Assembly: GCF_035511395.1 (NCBI RefSeq)
Contig: NZ_DATKFP010000441.1
Span: forward strand, 34,213-98,212
Direction of reading: 5' to 3'
Source: Sphingobium sp.
Lineage (GTDB): Bacteria; Pseudomonadota; Alphaproteobacteria; Sphingomonadales; Sphingomonadaceae
DNA length: 64,000 bases
The translations under genes were made by a program, and so were the position numbers. Positions 60,935-64,000 of the stretch are shown piece after piece. The notes beneath the pieces are model-generated. The model was not told the origin of the DNA, made no database searches, and worked only from the letters and a program-made list of their open reading frames with translations. The first letter of the stretch is position 1. Every line of letters begins with the position of its first letter.

Positions 60935-61645
60935 ATGAATAATCCCGTTCGCATGCCGGGCTATGGTGCCAGCCAGACGGCGCAGACCGATGCCGGCCTG
61001 CGCGCGCACATGCTGGGCGTCTTCCGCAATATGGGTATCGGCCTGGTCATCACCGGTCTGGTCGCCGCCCTTGTCGGCAATACCCCGGCGCTGGCCGCCG
61101 CCATCTATGGCACGCCCTTGAAGTGGGTAGCGATTTTCGCGCCTTTGGCCTTCGTCTTCTTCTTCAGCTTCCGCATCGAAAAGATGACGACATCGGGCGC
61201 TCGCACCGCCTTTTACGCCTTCGCCGCCGTAATGGGCGTTTCGCTGGGCAGCGTCTTCCTTGTCTTCACCGGCGGCAGCATCGCCCAGGCCTTCTTCTCG
61301 GCCGCGGTCATGTTCCTCGCCATGGCGCTGTGGGGCTATACCACCCAGCGTGACCTCACGAAGATGGGCAGCTTCCTGATGATGGGCCTGATCGGCATCA
61401 TCGTCGCCAGCCTGATCAACCTCTTCATCGGCTCGTCGGCGATGGCGATGGTCATCTCGATCATCGGTGTAGTGGTCTTCACCGGCCTCACCGCCTGGGA
61501 CGTGCAGCGCATCAAGTCGGAATATTTCTACTATGCTGGCCATGAGGTGGCGCAGAAGATGCAGGTGATGGGCGCGCTGTCGCTCTACCTGAACTTCGTT
61601 AACCTGTTCCAGATGTTGCTCAGCCTGACGGGTGAGCGCGAATAA
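60935..61645 (+). CDS. Bax inhibitor-1/YccA family membrane protein
   Basis: DAGLRAHM, seven TMs, GYTTQRDL, LTAWDVQRIK, GALSLYLNFVNLF. Confidence 0.93.
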   Translation: MNNPVRMPGYGASQTAQTDAGLRAHMLGVFRNMGIGLVITGLVAALVGNTPALAAAIYGTPLKWVAIFAPLAFVFFFSFRIEKMTTSGARTAFYAFAAVMGVSLGSVFLVFTGGSIAQAFFSAAVMFLAMALWGYTTQRDLTKMGSFLMMGLIGIIVASLINLFIGSSAMAMVISIIGVVVFTGLTAWDVQRIKSEYFYYAGHEVAQKMQVMGALSLYLNFVNLFQMLLSLTGERE

Positions 61646-61929
61646 TGCGCGATCCTGCCGCGGTGTCGGCGATGCTGTGTCCGGTCTGTCATGTCGGCCT
61701 CGCCATGACGGATCGGCAGGGGGTGGAGATCGACTATTGCCCGCAATGCCGGGGCGTCTGGCTGGACCGGGGCGAACTGGACAAGATCATAGAGCGCTCG
61801 GCGCAGGCGAGCGCGCCCGCGCCTCAACCCGCACCCGTTGCCCAGCCAAGCTACCGGCCGGACCGGGACGATGGGCGCTACTATCAGAAGAAGCGCAAGA
61901 AGAGCTTTCTGGAAGAGCTGTTCGATTGA
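61645..61929 (+). CDS. zf-TFIIB-type Zn-ribbon protein
   Basis: CPVC...GVEIDYCPQCRGVWLDRGELDKII, KKSFLEELFD; TAATG coupling to the BI-1 gene. Confidence 0.9.
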   Translation: MRDPAAVSAMLCPVCHVGLAMTDRQGVEIDYCPQCRGVWLDRGELDKIIERSAQASAPAPQPAPVAQPSYRPDRDDGRYYQKKRKKSFLEELFD

Positions 61930-61934
61930 AAAAT

Positions 61935-61961
61935 GGCCGGCCTGATGAGGGCCGGCCTTTT
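61935..61961. terminator. Bidirectional terminator
   Basis: ggccggcc-tgatgag-ggccggcc with aaaa before and tttt after. Confidence 0.7.
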
Positions 61962-61965
61962 GCTT

Positions 61966-64000
61966 TCAGTGCGCCGCGCCCCAGCTCGGCCCGGTGCCGA
62001 TTTCCACGCCCAGCGGCACGCTCAGCTTCACGATCGGTTCGGCCGCCGTTTCCATCACGCGACGAATGACCGCGCTGGCCGCTTCCACGTCGCCCTCGGG
62101 CAGTTCGAACACCAGTTCGTCATGCACCTGAAGCAGCATCTTTACGTTCGGTAGGCCAGCCGCCTCCAGCGCCGGTCCCATGCGCGCCATCGCCCGCTTG
62201 ATGATGTCGGCGCTGGTGCCCTGGATCGGGGCGTTGATCGCGGCGCGTTCGGCGCCCTGTCGTTCATGCTGGATCGCCGCCTTGATGCGCGGGAACCAGG
62301 TCTTCCGACCGAACAGCGTCTCGGTATAGCCGCGCTCGCGCGCCTTCTCGATCGTCTCGTTGATGTAGATGCTGATGCCGGGAAAGCGTTCATAATAGCG
62401 GCTGATCATGTCCTGCGCCTCGTCCGCGCCGATCTCCAGCCGACCGGCCAGCCCCCATCGTGAAATGCCGTAAAGGATGGCGAAGTTGATCGTCTTCGCC
62501 CGTCCGCGCGTGTCGCGATTGACCTCGCCGAACAGTTCCTGCGCGGTGCGGTTGTGAATGTCCTCGCCCGCCTCGAACGCCTCCTTGAGCGCGGGGACAT
62601 CGGCCATGTGGGCGGCAAGGCGCAGTTCGATCTGGCTATAGTCCGCCGCCAATATGACGTTTCCTGGTTCCGCGACGAAGGCGTGGCGGATCTGGCGGCC
62701 GACTTCGGTGCGGATCGGGATATTCTGAAGATTGGGATCGGTCGAGGACAGGCGGCCGGTCTGCGCGCCGGTCAGCGAGTAGCTGGTATGGACGCGACCC
62801 GTATCCTTGTTGATCTGTGCCTGGAGCGCGTCGGTATAGGTGGATTTTAGCTTGGAAAGCTGCCTCCAGTCGAGGATCTTGGCCGCGATCGGCGCGCCCT
62901 GCGCCTTCAACTGCTCCAATATGGTGACGTCGGTGGAGTAAGCGCCCGACTTGCCCTTCTTGCCGCCCTTATAGCCCAGCTTGTCGAACAGGATCGCGCC
63001 CAGTTGCTGGGTCGATCCGATCGCGAACGGCTGGCCGGCAATCTCGTGGATTTCCGTTTCCAGCGCGGCGATGCCGGCGGTGAACTCCGCCGAAAGTCGA
63101 GACAGGGCTTCGCGATCGACCTTGATCCCCTGATGCTCCATGCCCGCGATCACGCCGACCAGCGGTCGGTCTACCAGTTCATAAACGCGGTTCGCGCCCT
63201 CATTGGCGACGCGCGTCTTGAACCGTTTCCACAGGCGTAGCGTGACATCGGCATCCTCGGCCGCATATTCGGTGGCGCGGGGCAGGGGGACTTCGGCGAA
63301 GCTGATCTGGCTCTTGCCGGTGCCGACCACTTCCTTGAAGCTGATGCATGTGTGATTGAGGTGAACCCGCGCCGCCTCGTCCATGCCATGTCCGGCGAGC
63401 GACTGGCCGGCGTCAAGGTCGAAGCTCATGACGATGGTGTCGTCATAGGGCGCGATCTCGATGCCGTGACGGCGCAGGACGGTCAGGTCATATTTGAGAT
63501 TCTGGCCGATCTTGAGGACGGCATCGTCCTCCAGCAGCGGCTTCAGCCTGGCGAGTACCAATGCCTTGTCGAGCTGTTGCGGGCGCTCCGCGAACATGTC
63601 GGTGCCGCCATGGCCGACCGGGATGTAGCAGGCCTTGTTCGGACCTGTGGCAAGGCTGATGCCGACCAGTGCGCAGGACACGCAGTCGAGCATGTCGGTT
63701 TCGGTGTCGACCGCGACCAGCCCTTCGGCATGGGCGGCCGTGATCCAGCGATCCAGCGCCTCCTCGGTCACGACCGTCTCGTAAAGGCTGCGGTCGATCG
63801 CCGGTTCGTCCGCCGGAGCGGGAGGGGCAGGCGGCGCATTGTCGGTCGCGATTGCAGCGGTCGCGGCCACCGCGACGGCGGCGGCGGGCGCGCCGAGGCG
63901 GTTCAACAGCGTCTTGAAGCCATGGTGCGACAGGAAGGCCTGCAAGGGTTCGGGCGGAATCCCCTTCAGCGTCAGGTCGTCGAGCGGTTCGGGCAGGTCC
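61966..64000 (-). CDS. polA: DNA polymerase I, C-terminal part (starts beyond window)
   Basis: AVDTET exonuclease motif, TGRLSSTDPNLQNIP, DYSQIELR, AKTINFAILYG, QVHDEL. Confidence 0.97.
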   Translation of the reverse strand, partial: DLPEPLDDLTLKGIPPEPLQAFLSHHGFKTLLNRLGAPAAAVAVAATAAIATDNAPPAPPAPADEPAIDRSLYETVVTEEALDRWITAAHAEGLVAVDTETDMLDCVSCALVGISLATGPNKACYIPVGHGGTDMFAERPQQLDKALVLARLKPLLEDDAVLKIGQNLKYDLTVLRRHGIEIAPYDDTIVMSFDLDAGQSLAGHGMDEAARVHLNHTCISFKEVVGTGKSQISFAEVPLPRATEYAAEDADVTLRLWKRFKTRVANEGANRVYELVDRPLVGVIAGMEHQGIKVDREALSRLSAEFTAGIAALETEIHEIAGQPFAIGSTQQLGAILFDKLGYKGGKKGKSGAYSTDVTILEQLKAQGAPIAAKILDWRQLSKLKSTYTDALQAQINKDTGRVHTSYSLTGAQTGRLSSTDPNLQNIPIRTEVGRQIRHAFVAEPGNVILAADYSQIELRLAAHMADVPALKEAFEAGEDIHNRTAQELFGEVNRDTRGRAKTINFAILYGISRWGLAGRLEIGADEAQDMISRYYERFPGISIYINETIEKARERGYTETLFGRKTWFPRIKAAIQHERQGAERAAINAPIQGTSADIIKRAMARMGPALEAAGLPNVKMLLQVHDELVFELPEGDVEAASAVIRRVMETAAEPIVKLSVPLGVEIGTGPSWGAAH

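Overview
GC-rich alphaproteobacterial chromosome segment, most likely Sphingomonadaceae (Sphingobium-like; inferred from gene content, order and intergenic repeat style). It is mostly core genes: PBP1A (5' part), amiC-like amidase, rne, rpmH-rnpA-yidD-yidC-engB, prfB, typA, egtB-egtD, gluQ, murA, rlmB-like, tRNA-Tyr(GTA), tRNA-Lys(CTT), cysS and polA (3' part). Accessory modules sit between them: a TelA operon, actP, a Tat lipoprotein with a two-component system, GH3 plus a frameshifted TonB-dependent receptor, and a secreted TPR-CHAT protease. I see no integrase, transposase, prophage or CRISPR array. Best candidate for an undescribed system: a four-gene cassette after typA encoding a LuxR-type HTH with a C-terminal TM anchor, a 115-aa helical protein with a GCP motif near its C-terminus, a 4-TM protein and a winged-helix protein. 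Also notable: a perfect 20-bp hairpin burying the DUF899 RBS and start codon, a palindromic repeat lying in-frame inside gluQ, an unannotated 88-aa CxxCH/CxxxCxxC exported protein, and a multi-hairpin leader before a BI-1/Zn-ribbon operon. All calls come from reading motifs by eye; no searches were run.
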